Source: Pseudobdellovibrionaceae bacterium | GTDB lineage: Bacteria > Bdellovibrionota > Bdellovibrionia > Bdellovibrionales > UBA1609 | Length of the DNA: 64,000 nt | Reading direction: 5' to 3' | Assembly (NCBI GenBank): GCA_030591685.1 | Contig: JAUVAX010000003.1 | Span: 744-64,743 of the forward strand | Shown here: piece after piece, positions 48,625 through 58,520 of the stretch | Layout: every line of letters begins with the position of its first letter | Numbering within the stretch: position 1 is the stretch's first letter | Notes under the pieces: model-generated | Databases searched by the model: none | Told to the model about the DNA's origin: nothing | Seen by the model: only the letters and a program-made list of their open reading frames with translations | Translations under genes and position numbers: made by a program

Positions 48625-49266
48625 TTAAGACTCAACCCAGGTTATAACGCCCTCTTTTCTTGGTGCTTTTGGCGGGTCATGATCAGGGTGTCCAATAACT
48701 ACAGCACATAAAAGCTCAAGTTCGCCTTTCTTATGCTCTTTGAGCTCTGTGACGCCTAAGAACCTATCTACATCCGCTTTGATTTCAAGGGGGGCCCCCA
48801 TCGTACAACACCCCAACCCCTCAACAACACAAGCTAAATTTAAATTTTCAATGGCCATGTATACACTGCCTATACTTGTTAAATAACGCTCCTCTGGGCT
48901 GTTGAGCGAGTAACAAAAAACAATCACAGGGGCGTCGCCAAGGGTATAAAAAAATCTTTCCGTAAACTGATAGAGAGAGGGTTTTAATTTTTTTTTCAAA
49001 ACATCCTTAATCCCTAGCCATGATTTTTGAGAATACTTTAAGTACTCTTCTCGCTTTTGACCTTGAGTAACAAAAAAGTGCCAATTTTGCCTGTTCTTGC
49101 CAGAGGGAGCCTGGGTGGCAGCCGACAAAAGTTTTTCTATTGTTTTTTTATCAACTTTCTTTTTTTTAAATTTTCTAATGGAGCGCCTATGACTAAGAAG
49201 CTCATAAAAGTCTTCAGTAAAAGAGCCCCTTGGCTGAAACCCCTCATATGTTTTTAACTCATCCAT
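48625..49266 (-). CDS. Nitroreductase-family protein
   Basis: RRSIRKF motif and the PSGKNRQNWHF segment. About 210 aa. Confidence 0.8.
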   Translation of the reverse strand: MDELKTYEGFQPRGSFTEDFYELLSHRRSIRKFKKKKVDKKTIEKLLSAATQAPSGKNRQNWHFFVTQGQKREEYLKYSQKSWLGIKDVLKKKLKPSLYQFTERFFYTLGDAPVIVFCYSLNSPEERYLTSIGSVYMAIENLNLACVVEGLGCCTMGAPLEIKADVDRFLGVTELKEHKKGELELLCAVVIGHPDHDPPKAPRKEGVITWVES

Positions 49267-49585
49267 AGTGAACCCCTATATACTTTTTTAATTTTTCAGC
49301 CTGATTCTTCTATACAATAACTGAGCCTCAGAATCATAAAATCACTTAAAAACCCATGTCAATATTGTTAGCATCTCACTAAAAACCAGTCACTCCTTGC
49401 GTGCTTATTTTACCTAGTATTTCCGTATAGTTACTGAGATCTGCCGTTTGTAGTGTCTAATAAGTTGATGTTCGTGAAATTGGCCCCCCAATAAGCCTTT
49501 AATATTACTCAGGAGTTTTGAGCCTATTTTTGGCACATACTTTGTATCATTAAGTAGTAAGTTTAAGTAATGGGGGTTCTTTAAA

Positions 49586-50050
49586 ATGAAAACTAAACAC
49601 TCTTTGAAGCTATATATTACGGCCATTAGCGCGCTCTCACTTTTAGCGCTTTTTGGTGTATTTGGCGTTCTTCACGCTCCAACAAAAACTTATGTGCAGC
49701 AGCTGTTAAATCCGGCTCCTCGCAAAGTTCTCTCAACAGCTGAGGGTCGACTTTTTGATGGTCGGCCTATTAAGGTGATAAAGGTTGTTTCCAGTTCAGG
49801 GTTGTTTATTGAAATTTATGATTTTTCAAAAAAGACAATACACCCCCTCATTGACCGAATTCGATTACCTGATAAAAACGATGGCTTTATAAATTTTAAT
49901 GGGGCCGCCGTTAACCTCGTACTCTTTGATGTGGATGGGGATCAACAAAGCGAGATCATTGCGCCAAGCTTTGGTAGCAACCTCGTCGCACACATGAATG
50001 TCTACACTTATAACGTAGAAACAAAAACCTTTGAGCTTAAAAATAATTAA
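49586..50050 (+). CDS. Membrane-anchored protein with FG-GAP/VCBS-like motif, unknown function
   Basis: N-terminal TM (ITAISALSLLALFGVFGVL). FDVDGDQQSEIIAP motif. Confidence 0.5.
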   Translation: MKTKHSLKLYITAISALSLLALFGVFGVLHAPTKTYVQQLLNPAPRKVLSTAEGRLFDGRPIKVIKVVSSSGLFIEIYDFSKKTIHPLIDRIRLPDKNDGFINFNGAAVNLVLFDVDGDQQSEIIAPSFGSNLVAHMNVYTYNVETKTFELKNN

Positions 50051-50082
50051 GAACCCCAATACCCAAAATACCCTAACCCCTT

Positions 50083-50114
50083 GGGCCCACAATATTTTTT
50101 GTGGGCCCTTTTTT
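50083..50114 (+). terminator. Rho-independent terminator
   Basis: GGGCCCACAA-TATTTT-TTGTGGGCCC (10-bp stem) followed by TTTTTT. Confidence 0.85.
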
Positions 50115-50443
50115 GTGGGCCCCTCTTTTACCATTGATCCCTTTTTATGGACCTTTTTATAAACCTTTTTACAGACCCTTACGTTTTATTGCCCGCACTC
50201 CACCTTTCCCTTAGTGCGTAAAGCACTTATTGGGGCCATTAATGTCTGTCGACGGGGCGGCTTTCTACCTTTTGTAAATGATCTTTTTGATGTAAATTTT
50301 ATATATACTTATTCTTTTCACCCCCTCCTGTTGACGCGCAGCGCATCCAATGGTATTTCTCTTCTCCTGACTATATTTGCATATTTTATTTGTGAGCCTT
50401 CACAGGTTTATGTAATGTTACAGTTCTAAAAAGGAGTCTTACG

Positions 50444-51199
50444 GTGAGTCAAATTTTACTTACGTTTGCATTAACATGTTTTTTATTTTCACTCGGTTGT
50501 TCTAGCAACACAAACCCCTTAGCTTTGCCTGGGGCGCGTTGCCCAGAGGAGTACAAGCCTTTTACTTTAGCTCTCTCTGAGGACGAAGTAACTCAAGGAA
50601 AGCTCTCGGCAAAGCCAAACTTTGAGGCCCTCCCTAATGGGCGTTACGAGCTTAAAAGCACTGATATTTACATTAGCGAACTCACCGGTGGCGAAGTGGT
50701 CGAAGGCCAAGGTTTTCGAGCCCTTCTCAATGACACTATCTTTGATCAAGAGACCCTCAACCCTATTTTAAAAGAAAAATATAAAACTATTATTAATGAG
50801 GATGACGATGATGAAAGCCATCAGCTAAAAATGTCTTGCCTAAGAAATTCAAAAAATAAAGTGACTATTAATATTGATATAGATGCTTTAACTCAAGTTA
50901 ATCTCGTTGGCGGTATACAGACCGGTGACTACCGAGTTCGACGGTATAATTTAAATAAAGGTCTCGGGCCCAAGGCTTCATATAAAATGACGATAGAAAC
51001 CTCCTCGTCTGCGGCGGCAACGCCTGATGATTTTTATGCCGGTGATAACGGTCAAAGCCGAGCCTTTAATAAAACTATTTATCAGCTCTCTTCTGACAAA
51101 CCTATTTCAGAAGAAAACCCTCAACTTTACGAGGTTCGGTCAGAGTCTCGAACACCGACACTATTAATACGATTACGCAGTTATTACAAAAAACTTTAA
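50444..51199 (+). CDS. Lipoprotein, unknown function
   Basis: GTG start after AAGGAG. Lipobox LFSLGCSS. Confidence 0.6.
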   Translation: MSQILLTFALTCFLFSLGCSSNTNPLALPGARCPEEYKPFTLALSEDEVTQGKLSAKPNFEALPNGRYELKSTDIYISELTGGEVVEGQGFRALLNDTIFDQETLNPILKEKYKTIINEDDDDESHQLKMSCLRNSKNKVTINIDIDALTQVNLVGGIQTGDYRVRRYNLNKGLGPKASYKMTIETSSSAAATPDDFYAGDNGQSRAFNKTIYQLSSDKPISEENPQLYEVRSESRTPTLLIRLRSYYKKL

Positions 51200-51259
51200 A
51201 AAGCATCTATAAAGCTTTTATTAAGTGCGTTTAGTTTTTAATAGTTCTTTAAGTTTTAA

Positions 51260-52324
51260 CTAGTTACCTTCAGGCTGGTTGTTTCGCAAATCACGCCAAG
51301 ACTTGCCCTTGCGCGCAGCCCTGTTCATTTGAAACTCTCTCACCGCTCGGTTGTGCTGCCGTAGATTACTTGAAAAATAACTAGTCCCATCATTTCGACT
51401 TACAAAATATAAATAATTTGTCCGTGCAGGGAGTACGGCCGCTAAAAGAGCCTCTTTACCCGGGTTTGAAATAGGGCCATAAGGCAACCCCTTAAAGGTA
51501 TAGGTGTTGTACTTGTTTTTTCGTAGCAGGTCTTTTTTTGTAATATTTTTTTTCTCTTTTTTGGTTTTATCAAGTATCCCATAGAGCACGGTGGGGTCTG
51601 TTTGAAGTCTCATGTTTTTTTTCAACCGGTTATGGAAAACAGAAGAGATATATTTTCTCTCCTTTTTGTATCCTGTTTCTTTCTCAACAATGCTCGCAAG
51701 GATTACCCACTCATGCCGTGAAAACTGCGCACGATTGTATTTTTTTAATTCTTCATAAGTTTTCAAAAAACGCGCTACCATTAGGCGAACCAAGGACTCA
51801 TGGTTGTCTGATTTTGTGTAGCTATATGTCTCGGGGAACAAATATCCCTCTAGAGACGGCTGCGCCTCACCAAGAGTGTCCCTGATAAATTTTTGATTAT
51901 GAACGAGGGTTAAAAAACTTTTTTTACTCCCAAGCCCTTTTGCCTCAAAGATCTCTCCGATTGTGTACATGTTAATACCTTCAGGGATTGTCACGGAATA
52001 AGCGACTGACTTTCCTGAAGAGAGCACCTCTAAAATTTGAACAGGGGTCATTCCTCGATTTATTTGATATTCACCGGCTTGAATTTTTTTTGTTTGATCT
52101 GTTATCCTTCCCAGGATTTTTAACAGTAAAGCGCTGCTAATAAGACCTGTCTTTTCAAGCCTTGAGGAAATAGCGCCAAAGGGCTCCCCTTTTTTTACAT
52201 CAAACAATACCGCATCGTTAACTAAGCCTGGGGGCACTAATAAGAAGTGACCAAAGCTAACGAGCACAAACACACACCCCGTTATAAATAATAAAACTAT
52301 GTATTTCATACGCTTATCTCTCAC
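51260..52324 (-). CDS. mltG: Endolytic murein transglycosylase MltG (YceG family)
   Basis: N-terminal TM, then IPEGINMYTIGEIF, LEGYLFPETY, ILASIVEKE and YNTY motifs. Start is GTG 52324 (GTGA overlap with astD) or ATG 52309. Confidence 0.85.
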   Translation of the reverse strand: MRDKRMKYIVLLFITGCVFVLVSFGHFLLVPPGLVNDAVLFDVKKGEPFGAISSRLEKTGLISSALLLKILGRITDQTKKIQAGEYQINRGMTPVQILEVLSSGKSVAYSVTIPEGINMYTIGEIFEAKGLGSKKSFLTLVHNQKFIRDTLGEAQPSLEGYLFPETYSYTKSDNHESLVRLMVARFLKTYEELKKYNRAQFSRHEWVILASIVEKETGYKKERKYISSVFHNRLKKNMRLQTDPTVLYGILDKTKKEKKNITKKDLLRKNKYNTYTFKGLPYGPISNPGKEALLAAVLPARTNYLYFVSRNDGTSYFSSNLRQHNRAVREFQMNRAARKGKSWRDLRNNQPEGN

Positions 52325-53817
52325 TCCATCCCTGGGAGCATTTTAGTTTTATCAAACACTGTTTGATCCTCAAGTGACGAAACCGGAACCGTACAGTATT
52401 GAACGGCAAAATGTGCACTCGGGCGATCATTGCCCGACTTGCCCATCCCACCAAATGGTAACCGAGAGCTCGCGCCATTTGTAGTCCTGTTCCAGTTTAA
52501 TAGCCCCACTCGAGCCCCTAATACGGCTCTTTCATATAAGGCCTTATTTTTTGTAAAGACAGAGGCCACAAGGCCAAACCCAGAGGCGTTTGTAATCTCA
52601 AGAGCCTCTTCAAACTCATCTACAGTATAAATGGAAACATTGGGGCCAAAGATTTCACGACTCTGATAAACGGAACTCGGGTCGTTACCCGGAACCATAT
52701 ATATACTTGGGGATACATAATGCCCTTTTTTGCTTGTCTCAAGGGCCTTGCCCCTCATTATACACTCAGCCCCCTCTCTGCCTGCAATTTTCTGAAAGTT
52801 AAGGTAGTTCTCAACAGAGTCGGCACTTATTAACGGCCCCATAAAAGGGTTTTTAGACCAATGACCTATTTTTAATTTTTTAGCCGCTTTATGAAAGCCT
52901 TCTATAAATTTATCCTTCACGCTCCTATGTAGTACAATTTTACTCGTACAAGAACATCTTTGCCCAGTGGATATGAAGCCACCTAAAATATTTTCATATA
53001 TGGCCTTCTCTAAATCCGCATCCTCCCAAACAATAGCTGTGTTTTTGCCACCCATCTCCAGAGCCAAAAGCTTCCAGTACTGATTTATTGTATCTTGTTT
53101 TATTTTTAGGCCCACGTCGTAAGACCCCGTAAATAAAACACCATCAACTTGCTCATGGGTCACTAAGCGTTTGCCTGTTTCACCAAGGCCTTGAACTAAA
53201 TTAAAAACTCCTGGTGGAAACCCGGCTTGCTTAAAGAGCTTTGCCATAAGTTGCCCTGTCACGGGTGTTTTTTCAGACGGTTTAAAAACAACAGTATTGC
53301 CCGTTATTAATGCCGGCACGATATGTCCGTTAGCTAAATGGCCCGGAAAATTAAATGGGCCAATCACCGAAAAAACCCCTCGTGGCTTATAATGAATAAC
53401 GCCGTCAACTCCGGGGAGAGCCTGTTCTACCCTTTGCTCTGTAACAAGCTTTAACGACTCATTTAGTGTTATATCAATTTTACTAATCATTGCCTGGGCT
53501 TCGCCAGTGGACTCCCATAAAGGTTTTCCTGTTTCACGAGAGATCACCTCGGCAAGGTTTGATTTATTTGCCTTATAAGCCTCTTTTAATTTAAGTAAAT
53601 ATGTTTTTCTCGCCTCTGTAGTAAGGGCCGCCCATGCGGGATAGGCGTTTCTCGCAGACTCCACAGCCCTGTCTACATGACTAAAATCACAGGCCCCATT
53701 AAACACCACCTCTGTTAAGTCAGCAGGGCTTTTGTTCCCCCACGCAAAGTCTTCTTTTTTAGTTTTTACAAACTCGCCATTTATGAAATCGCCAAGAGCT
53801 GAATATGTTGTCGCCAC
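52321..53817 (-). CDS. astD: Succinylglutamate-semialdehyde dehydrogenase (AstD-type aldehyde dehydrogenase)
   Basis: ALDH fold with LEMGGKN, catalytic Cys in TGQRCSCTS (compare E. coli AstD GQRCTC), and FTGS. Next to astA. Confidence 0.8.
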   Translation of the reverse strand: MATTYSALGDFINGEFVKTKKEDFAWGNKSPADLTEVVFNGACDFSHVDRAVESARNAYPAWAALTTEARKTYLLKLKEAYKANKSNLAEVISRETGKPLWESTGEAQAMISKIDITLNESLKLVTEQRVEQALPGVDGVIHYKPRGVFSVIGPFNFPGHLANGHIVPALITGNTVVFKPSEKTPVTGQLMAKLFKQAGFPPGVFNLVQGLGETGKRLVTHEQVDGVLFTGSYDVGLKIKQDTINQYWKLLALEMGGKNTAIVWEDADLEKAIYENILGGFISTGQRCSCTSKIVLHRSVKDKFIEGFHKAAKKLKIGHWSKNPFMGPLISADSVENYLNFQKIAGREGAECIMRGKALETSKKGHYVSPSIYMVPGNDPSSVYQSREIFGPNVSIYTVDEFEEALEITNASGFGLVASVFTKNKALYERAVLGARVGLLNWNRTTNGASSRLPFGGMGKSGNDRPSAHFAVQYCTVPVSSLEDQTVFDKTKMLPGME

Positions 53818-53828
53818 CGAACCTCTCC

Positions 53829-54848
53829 TTAGTTAATCACAGAAACAAAAACCTGTTGGCCGTCCTCTAGCTGACACGGTTTTTTTGCTCGCTCTGGCAA
53901 AAAAACTGTGTCGCCGCTTATCGAACAAGACAAGTGGGCTCCAAAAAACTCGCCATTAATCACATGCCCTACAAAGGCTCTGGATTCATAGCCCTCTTGA
54001 CCAAATTTTACGTTTAATTTCTGGCCCTGTTTAATGATCTTAATGTCATCTGTATTTACCTGAATATGAGGCCCCCCATCAAACGGATCAATATGATTAT
54101 TTTTTTCAAAGCCCATTTTTTTTAACAAACTTAATGCCGGTTGTGTTTGTTCAGAAACCTGCCCCAAAACAAGTCTCGCACTACCATCAAGTAAACAGAC
54201 ATAAATGTCCTCTTCAGGAAACAGGCTCTTAATAAACCCCTTATTTTTTTGGCTAAGCATGTCGGCCTCTTGAAAGGGCATGCCCGTAAACCTGCGGCCC
54301 AAGGCCTCCCAAAACTCACTTCGCCCCTCTTCTGTTAGCGGAGGGGCCATTTCACTCATTGTTTGCGGCATAAAACGGCTCCGCTCTAAACCCATATATA
54401 CAAACCGTAAAAGGCTAAGTGCTTTACCTATCTTTTCTGGCCGACGCCGATAATCGCGCCCTACAACTAAGCCTCCCACCTCTGTGGGTCCGTCAGTGTT
54501 GAGTGTGAGCCTAAGAAGTTGGTGAATAAATCCCACGCATAAGTCTGGGCTGAACTTCTCTTTTTTTATGACCTCAAAGCTATGATTTGGGGCTCCTGGG
54601 GTTCCTTTTTTACCAATAATTTGCGAGCAACCGACAACACGGTTTAACTCAAGGTCCTCGGCTACAAATAAATACTTAGAGTCATGTACCGCTTGGCGCT
54701 TTAAAAAGGACTCTTTACTTATGTTAATTTTTTCTTCAATGAGGGACTTGTCGGGAGGCAAATTCAGAAGTGGAAACTCTTTTGACAAAGAATACAGGCC
54801 TTCAATGTCAGAATTTCGCGCAGACCTTATTATAAAATTCATAAACAA
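53829..54848 (-). CDS. astA: Arginine N-succinyltransferase
   Basis: Colinear with E. coli AstA as recalled: IIRSARNSDIEGL, SEFWEALGRRFTGMPFQEAD, IDPFDGGPHIQV. Confidence 0.8.
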   Translation of the reverse strand: MFMNFIIRSARNSDIEGLYSLSKEFPLLNLPPDKSLIEEKINISKESFLKRQAVHDSKYLFVAEDLELNRVVGCSQIIGKKGTPGAPNHSFEVIKKEKFSPDLCVGFIHQLLRLTLNTDGPTEVGGLVVGRDYRRRPEKIGKALSLLRFVYMGLERSRFMPQTMSEMAPPLTEEGRSEFWEALGRRFTGMPFQEADMLSQKNKGFIKSLFPEEDIYVCLLDGSARLVLGQVSEQTQPALSLLKKMGFEKNNHIDPFDGGPHIQVNTDDIKIIKQGQKLNVKFGQEGYESRAFVGHVINGEFFGAHLSCSISGDTVFLPERAKKPCQLEDGQQVFVSVIN

Positions 54849-56185
54849 AACCTTGATATAATTTTTTTATAAAAATGAGTTGCCGTTTTTAAGTCCTCAA
54901 TGCTTACTTTTTCATTAGGAGCGTGTGCGTTTCCCGCCTCTATGCCCGGACCAAAAACAAGACACTCTATGCCTAGCCTTGAGAACACATTTGCCTCCGT
55001 CCTCTGAGTACTCTTTGAAAGCACAGCTTTTGGCTGCACAGACTTTAAATCTTCGTAGCAACCTTTTAAAAACTCTGAGTCTGGGTTTGTTAAAAAGGGC
55101 TGCTTATACTCTACAACTCTAAAGGCCCCTCCCGCTTGCTTGCAAGACGTCTTAAGCCTATCAATCCACGATTCGTATGCCTCCGGAGGAACTGTCGTTG
55201 AAATATGACAACAGCCCTTTAAGCGTATGTGGTCCTTATATTTTTGCACACGCCCAAGGTTAAGTGTCGAGATCGGCGGCTCTACGTCACTGTCTGGGAA
55301 CTTAGAAAATTCTTCTTCGACAGACTTTATGGCCGTAACAATTTTTTTTATACGACCAGCTATAGTTTCTTCTTTAAATAAACTGACTATATCAATTTCT
55401 AGAATAGCTGAGTCCGGCACGGAGTTATAACCCATTCCTCCGTCCATATCCATGACCGCAATGCCATCTGGCAGTTGAGTTAAATACTCCAGCATTTTGA
55501 CAATTGCGTTTTCACCCAAAAGAGGATGCGTGCTGGATGCCGACTTACCGTAAAATATTTTACTTTGAGTCGATCCGCTCTCTGTTAGGTCATGTTTTTT
55601 ATGGTAACTTAGCTCTTCTTGCGAAAAAGGTATTGTTATATCAACAAGAGCAAACCCCGATGCCGAATGAACCAAGTTTAAATGCGTCGGTCGGCCAACA
55701 AGTGCCTTTTCGGCGTTGATTTTATTTTTTCTAACAAGCTTAATTGCGCCCTCCATGTAAGCCTGCTGACCAAAAGTTCCAACAAGAACTACTGGTGTTT
55801 TCATTTTTTGATCACGAAACGATTTTATAGCCTCTAGTTTACATAAAAAATCTAACTTAGAGTCGGCGCTACCGAGCCCATAAAGGTCATCTTCATATAT
55901 GCTTGCATTAAAGGGGTTTGATTCTGTTTTATCCCAAAGGGCGTGTATCCCCGGGTCAGGTGTATCTAAGTGTGTTTGCAACATAATTTCAACGTCAGGA
56001 ATGTCCTTTACTGTACGAGCGATTATGTTTTTTTCTTCACGTCCATTTAAGTGCTCGCTTTGAATCTCAACATATAATCCGGCCTGACGGCATAAATCGG
56101 CGGCAAACGCTACCAGCTCACTTGTCCCTTGTGAGCTCGTACTATCAATTGAAATAAACCTTCGGCAGGATTCTAAAAAACTCAA
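54839..56185 (-). CDS. ArgE/DapE-like M20-family protein with substituted catalytic/metal residues
   Basis: Aligns by eye to E. coli ArgE: THLDT, YGLGSADSK and GNAHAPNE are conserved. ADEE is replaced by FGQQ and GEPT by GRPT. Confidence 0.7.
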   Translation of the reverse strand: MSFLESCRRFISIDSTSSQGTSELVAFAADLCRQAGLYVEIQSEHLNGREEKNIIARTVKDIPDVEIMLQTHLDTPDPGIHALWDKTESNPFNASIYEDDLYGLGSADSKLDFLCKLEAIKSFRDQKMKTPVVLVGTFGQQAYMEGAIKLVRKNKINAEKALVGRPTHLNLVHSASGFALVDITIPFSQEELSYHKKHDLTESGSTQSKIFYGKSASSTHPLLGENAIVKMLEYLTQLPDGIAVMDMDGGMGYNSVPDSAILEIDIVSLFKEETIAGRIKKIVTAIKSVEEEFSKFPDSDVEPPISTLNLGRVQKYKDHIRLKGCCHISTTVPPEAYESWIDRLKTSCKQAGGAFRVVEYKQPFLTNPDSEFLKGCYEDLKSVQPKAVLSKSTQRTEANVFSRLGIECLVFGPGIEAGNAHAPNEKVSIEDLKTATHFYKKIISRFCL

Positions 56186-57561
56186 GCTAACTCCCTAATT
56201 GAGTTTTCAATAGCGTCCATTGCGGCTGCGATTTCTTCGTCAGTAATCGTTGCCGGAATGAGAAAGCGAATTCGATAAGGGCCACGACCACAACCAAAAG
56301 CAATGAGTCCGTTTTTATATAATGTTTTAACAAGATTTAACATTTGCTTGTTTGAACCATCAAGGGGAGTCACTGCGATCATCAAACCCATGCCACCAGC
56401 ATCTCTCAAAAGGCCCTTGCAGCTTGATTCATTAAGCTCATTAAGCATTTGAATAAACTTTTTGTGTACCTGGCTGATCTTTCCGCTCTCACCCATAAAG
56501 CCCTTTTCACTTAGATATGTGAGCATGTCGTACCCTGCCGTTAACGACGCCGTTGAGCCCGCAAAGGTTCCGGCAATAAGCCCCGGGCGAGGGTTCAGCT
56601 CTTCACTATAAAGGGTTGCCCCGCTTTGAATTGTTTTAGCAATGGTGCAAATGTCTATGTACTTTGAAAGGCCAAGGGCCTCAAAGGCAAAAAATTCACC
56701 CGTCCGACAGAATGTTTGAATTTCGTCAGCCCAAATAGGTATGCCCTCTTTTTTACAAAGTTCAAAAAGTGGAACAAAAAACTCTTTGGGGGCTACGTTA
56801 AACCCGCCCTCTCCCTGCATGGGCTCAAACATAAAAGCGCATATGTCCCCTCTGTGAGCCTCAATATGAGCTTTAAGCTCTGAGAGTGAATCTTCAATAG
56901 AGCTCTCGTTGTTCTTGTCATAAAATGAAATGTACCTCACCTCATCGTATTCAGGGAGCCCTTGTCTTTTGCCCGGATCATCTGTGACCTGAGCCATTAA
57001 ACTTGTTCTCCCGGCAAAGGCCGCCTTCATTGCAATAATCATTTTTGCACCCTTGGTTTTTTGTCGGCACATTTTCAGGGCATTTTCATTGGCCATCGAA
57101 CCGGACGTTGTTACCCAGGCGTGCTTTAGGTGACTGTTTTTAGAGCCCAGCTCAACGAGCTTATGCATAAAACGACATAGTTCTTTGTTCGGCTCAAGGT
57201 TGCCCTGCATGATGACATCTTGAATCGAAGCCTTTAACCCGGCCTTAATCATTACAGGGTGACTGTGCCCTAAAATATTAATACCAATCCCGTTAATAAG
57301 GTCTAGCTTCACGCTACCGTCTTCAACCTCTACGTAACTACCTCTACCAGCGCCCGAACCAACAAAAGGTAAAAATAACGGACGCCCTCTGTCTTCGCCC
57401 AACTGGTCCACCAGCGCCTGAGAGGCGGGCTCTAAAGTTTTATCTGGAGGCTTAATGCCCGTTATTTTTGAATTTATCTGATCCACCTCGCCAACAACCT
57501 GTTCAAATAGACTTTGAAGTTTTTCAGATTTTTCGAGCAACGTTCCTGTTAATATGTTCAT
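56182..57561 (-). CDS. Class-III PLP-dependent aminotransferase (AstC/ArgD-like)
   Basis: ADEIQTFCRTG (compare DEVQTGxGRTG). PLP-Lys context ICTIAKTIQSG. TSGSMANENALK. First gene of the operon. Confidence 0.8.
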   Translation of the reverse strand: MNILTGTLLEKSEKLQSLFEQVVGEVDQINSKITGIKPPDKTLEPASQALVDQLGEDRGRPLFLPFVGSGAGRGSYVEVEDGSVKLDLINGIGINILGHSHPVMIKAGLKASIQDVIMQGNLEPNKELCRFMHKLVELGSKNSHLKHAWVTTSGSMANENALKMCRQKTKGAKMIIAMKAAFAGRTSLMAQVTDDPGKRQGLPEYDEVRYISFYDKNNESSIEDSLSELKAHIEAHRGDICAFMFEPMQGEGGFNVAPKEFFVPLFELCKKEGIPIWADEIQTFCRTGEFFAFEALGLSKYIDICTIAKTIQSGATLYSEELNPRPGLIAGTFAGSTASLTAGYDMLTYLSEKGFMGESGKISQVHKKFIQMLNELNESSCKGLLRDAGGMGLMIAVTPLDGSNKQMLNLVKTLYKNGLIAFGCGRGPYRIRFLIPATITDEEIAAAMDAIENSIRELA

Positions 57562-57677
57562 GTTTTACCCCTGGTTTTTTGTGAGCTGAGTGTACTCTTA
57601 ACGCAGCGAGAAGACAAGCGGGCGGATAGGTAAGAAAGGTAGACCTCCCCCCCTCATCACGGTTACAATGCTGACTT

Positions 57678-58520
57678 ATGAAAACAATGTTTTTTTTATT
57701 TATCTGTACTGTTCTTTCTATAAAAGCTTTTTCTGAAAGCGCCCCTGTTCAAAATGAAACCTCCACTGATCAGGCCCCTGAAGCACACATAGTATCTGCC
57801 GAGCAGGGGTACCAAACGGGTGTTTTACTACATCAAAAACATAACTATGAGGGGGCTCAGCAGGCCTTTATAAAAAGCCTTAGCTTTGAACCCCTAAATA
57901 AACAAATTTTATATAACCTGGGGCTCTCAGCCTTTAAAGGAAACTCCTTGGGGTTAGCTATTGGGTCCTGGCGCAGGGCGGTATTTGTAGACCCTGGCTT
58001 TACTGATGCTCAAGAGGGCCTAAGGCTGGCCTACAAAAAGCTGCCGGGCTCTAAACCTAGAGACAGCTCCCTTATTTCTACGAAAATAAAAGCACAGGTG
58101 CTCGATCGCTTTTCTCTGGACACTTTTGGCGCGATCTTTTTGTTTTTTATTTTGCTAAGCGGGCACGCCTCCTTAAAGTATTTTGGAAAGCGGCACTTTG
58201 CTTTTAAAAATGACCTTGAATTGCCCGCCTGGCCATCAAGGGCGGTTTTGTTCTCAGCATTTGCTATTGTGTTGGCCACTCTTGTAACTTTAAAATACAT
58301 CCACCTCAAAACTCCGCGGGCCACGCTTTTAATAAAGTCACAATCTGTACATACTGGGCCTAATGAAAACACCTCTGTATTGTTTGAACTTGCCGAGGGG
58401 CAGGAGCTTTTACTTGAAAAAACTCAAAAAGATTGGGCCTTTATCTCGTACCCCGGGGGGTTAAGCGGGTGGGTCCCAAAAACGCGCCTCTTTGTGCACT
58501 CAGGGGAGGGGACATGGTAA
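57678..58520 (+). CDS. TPR - transmembrane - SH3-like domain protein (BatE-like architecture)
   Basis: Signal peptide, TPR-like repeats, two TM segments, and a C-terminal WAFISYPGGLSGWVPKTRL SH3b-like motif. Confidence 0.55.
   Translation: MKTMFFLFICTVLSIKAFSESAPVQNETSTDQAPEAHIVSAEQGYQTGVLLHQKHNYEGAQQAFIKSLSFEPLNKQILYNLGLSAFKGNSLGLAIGSWRRAVFVDPGFTDAQEGLRLAYKKLPGSKPRDSSLISTKIKAQVLDRFSLDTFGAIFLFFILLSGHASLKYFGKRHFAFKNDLELPAWPSRAVLFSAFAIVLATLVTLKYIHLKTPRATLLIKSQSVHTGPNENTSVLFELAEGQELLLEKTQKDWAFISYPGGLSGWVPKTRLFVHSGEGTW

Noticed and set aside
50095-50187. Series of T-tracts, including three CCTTTTTA units at 12-bp spacing, as intrinsically curved DNA
   Set aside because: The overall tract spacing is irregular (14, 17, 16, 12, 12, 18 bp), and the first tracts belong to the terminator. 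This is probably just AT-rich promoter DNA.
49414-50429. ORFs 49414-49626 (minus) and 50214-50429 (plus) in intergenic regions
   Set aside because: Neither has a convincing RBS. The first overlaps the start of gene 49586-50050, and the second sits between a strong terminator and the next gene. No recognisable motifs.
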